NCBI GenBank assembly: GCA_047495785.1
Contig: JBLDXI010000032.1
Coordinates: 806,001 to 870,000, forward strand
Length of the DNA: 64,000 bases
Direction of reading: 5' to 3'
Origin: Lepidodermella squamata
Lineage: Eukaryota > Animalia > Gastrotricha
Part shown: piece by piece, positions 61,809 to 64,000 of the stretch
Layout of the letters: each line of letters opens with the position of its first letter
Position numbering within the stretch: the first letter of the stretch is position 1
Position numbers and translations under genes: made by a program
Notes under the pieces: generated by a model
Told to the model about the DNA's origin: nothing
What the model saw: only the letters and a program-made list of their open reading frames with translations
Database searches by the model: none

Positions 61809-64000
61809 ATGAGTTTCATGAAGCAGTTGGAAGATTATAAAGAGTTTTCCGATCACCGAGAGAGAGGTACCGGTCGCGATGATGAGAGACGGCGAAAACA
61901 TGAACGATCAAGGCATCGTAGCCGTAGCCGCAGTCGCAGTCGAAGCCGCAGCTCTAGTCGCAACCAGCCGCCCAAACGGCGTCGTTCCGCAAGTGAGAGT
62001 AGCAATGATGAACAAGTGATGGAACGGTGCATATCTGACAAGCCAACTTCGGTTATCCTTGCTCGTGGCATCACTGAGTACATGACTGAACCAATTGTAA
62101 GTGCCAAACAGCGGTTTAACTGTTTCTTGGCACCCGGATCGTATAATAACATAAAACTTGATGCGTCTGATTAACTAACTGAATTTCCCAAACTGTTACC
62201 CGCCTTACAGCTTCGTGACGCCATCATTTCGTCTGGATACTATCCACGGGACATTCACGTTGCCCGACGGAGAACAGGTATGAATGCGAACGCTCTTCAA
62301 GTGATCCTTCGATTTTACCCCTTGTTGAAAATGCGCAAGGCGAAGTACGCGGTTGGGCGTTTGTTGAGTTCTACAATGAAGACGACGGGCGATCATGGCT
62401 AGAAGCTCATCAGGTAAAGTTTTTTCCTCGTATCGTGAACTTCATATAGTTGGTTTTTTTCCAGGGAACGTTCTACTTGAAAGAAATGAACGAAGATCGA
62501 TTGAGTCTGCTGTATTGCAATCCATCAGAATCACCTTTTACTGGCGAAGCTGCCCCTGAAACGCGATCGAGCGATTGGAATTGCGCTAGGGTATATCAAT
62601 TTGAGATTCTTAGCTTGCGTGGCTTGTTGCTTTGCAAATGATGACAGTGGCTATGCTAATACTGAGTTGGCATTTTTGCTGACAATGAGTTCAACCTTCT
62701 CACACACTGATTGTAGCTGATGATGAATTTATTGATAATTGTATGTCACATTGGCTATAACAAATTTGCTCTACCCACAGTGCAACAAGTTCAATACATG
62801 GCGCGATCAAGGTATTTGCTACCGATGCGGATCCCGGCGTGACGGCGGAACTGGAGCGCCATCTCGACCTGTTGAAAAGCCGACTTTTGATCGAATCGGC
62901 CGATCCCCATGCAACAGTATGATTAAATCTCGGCATTTGATTAAAAATTGAAAATTGAAAATACCCACCTCCACGCAAATTTGCAGCAATTTTGATCCGT
63001 GAACTGGATACGAACACCATATCTGAACGTGCAATTAAAGCGGCGTTATACGAGCAAGTGCGAATTCCATCTTCGTCGATTCGCAGCTGTTTCATCATGC
63101 GAAATCCGCCGATTACTGACATGACGAAATCAGCAGATGCTTGTTACGCCTTTATCGAACTATCCTCAACCCACGAAGCAACTCAACTAGTCGATCGCTT
63201 GTCGTCAAAGTCGCTGATAATGGAAGGGAAACCGGTATAACTTCGACGAATTGAAGTTTTTATGCAGTAATTTATTGGTTTCAGGTGCCTGTTTCATTTG
63301 CCCGGTACCCTTTTACGACGATTATGGCTCATATTCATCAGTGGCTAGCCTCGGCTAGTGAAGCCGCCCAGCAACAGGCGAGTTCTTACGCGCCAACACA
63401 GGCCGATGTTACAAACGCGGCTGCAGCTGTTGCGATGAATGCGATGCAAGCCAGGCAGCAGGCTGAGCAAGAACGAGCTAAACGTCGAGCTCGCAGGCAA
63501 GAAAGAGACGACAGACGCCGCGATCGCGGTCGGTCTTCATCCGGGTCTGACTATTCATCCCGGTCTAATTCACCCCTCGCTGCTAGTGGTGGTGGCGGCG
63601 GCTTGGCTGAGGCAGCTGCTGCAGCAATTAGCCAACAATTCGGCGGTGGCCCGGCGAATGGTTCTTTCATCTATGACCAAAATAGCGGCTATTACTACGA
63701 CGCGTCTACCGGGTCGTATTTCGACCCTAAAACCCGTTATTTCTACTCACCTGGTCTAGCGAAATGGCTGATGTGGGACGCTAATTCGAACCAGTACGTG
63801 CCTGTCCCGTCTCAAGCAGAAACTGCTGTTGATAATTCAGCTGCTTTATCAGAAGAGGCGAGGAAAGAGAAGGAAAAGCGTGATAAGGCGAAGGAGGCGC
63901 GGCGGGTTCAAAAGGAGATGGAAAAATGGGCGGCGAATCAGTCGACCCCCACCCCGGCTGCTGCATCATCATCGTCATCAGCAGCAGCCCCGTCAAAACC
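61809..64000 (+). CDS. RBM5: RNA-binding protein RBM5/RBM10-like, multi-exon, running off the window end
   Basis: RS-rich N-terminus, RRM, RanBP2-type finger (DWNCAR-CNKFN...CYRC), second RRM (YAFIELSS), OCRE repeat (YDQNSGYYYDASTGSYFDP) and AKEARRVQKEMEKWA. Confidence 0.88.

Overview
Compact, intron-containing eukaryotic DNA from an invertebrate animal. It is probably a trans-splicing, nematode-like genome: many introns are about 50 nt, and unpaired AG acceptors sit just upstream of start codons (the taxon is inferred). (1) 1-14.5 kb is a tandem duplication of an ankyrin locus. Its pieces splice in frame, in both copies, into one secreted signal peptide-ANK-EGF-ANK protein whose C-terminal repeats vary at the binding-surface positions. 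A nest of transposon remnants separates the two copies. (2) 15-45 kb holds two divergent, operon-like housekeeping clusters. Minus strand: RagC/D, a Cys-rich miniprotein, PMM, fumarase and a Trp-rich secreted orphan. Plus strand: ADPRM, alternative NADH dehydrogenase NDH2, LSm3, LAMTOR3, CWF19L1 (with an intronic tRNA-His), XAB2/SYF1 and a SUN-domain gene. One SUN intron carries a decayed toti-like virus capsid sequence next to a MULE/SWIM remnant. (3) 46-56.5 kb is an accessory island with an atypical kinase, two paralogous amidated-peptide precursors ending QxGLxVRPI[FY]G, a triplicated TATA-driven ~80-aa orphan and a bacterial-type membrane protein. (4) 57-64 kb holds AIF, a hAT element with intact TIRs and target duplication, and RBM5/10. 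All family assignments come from motif recognition by eye; no searches were run.
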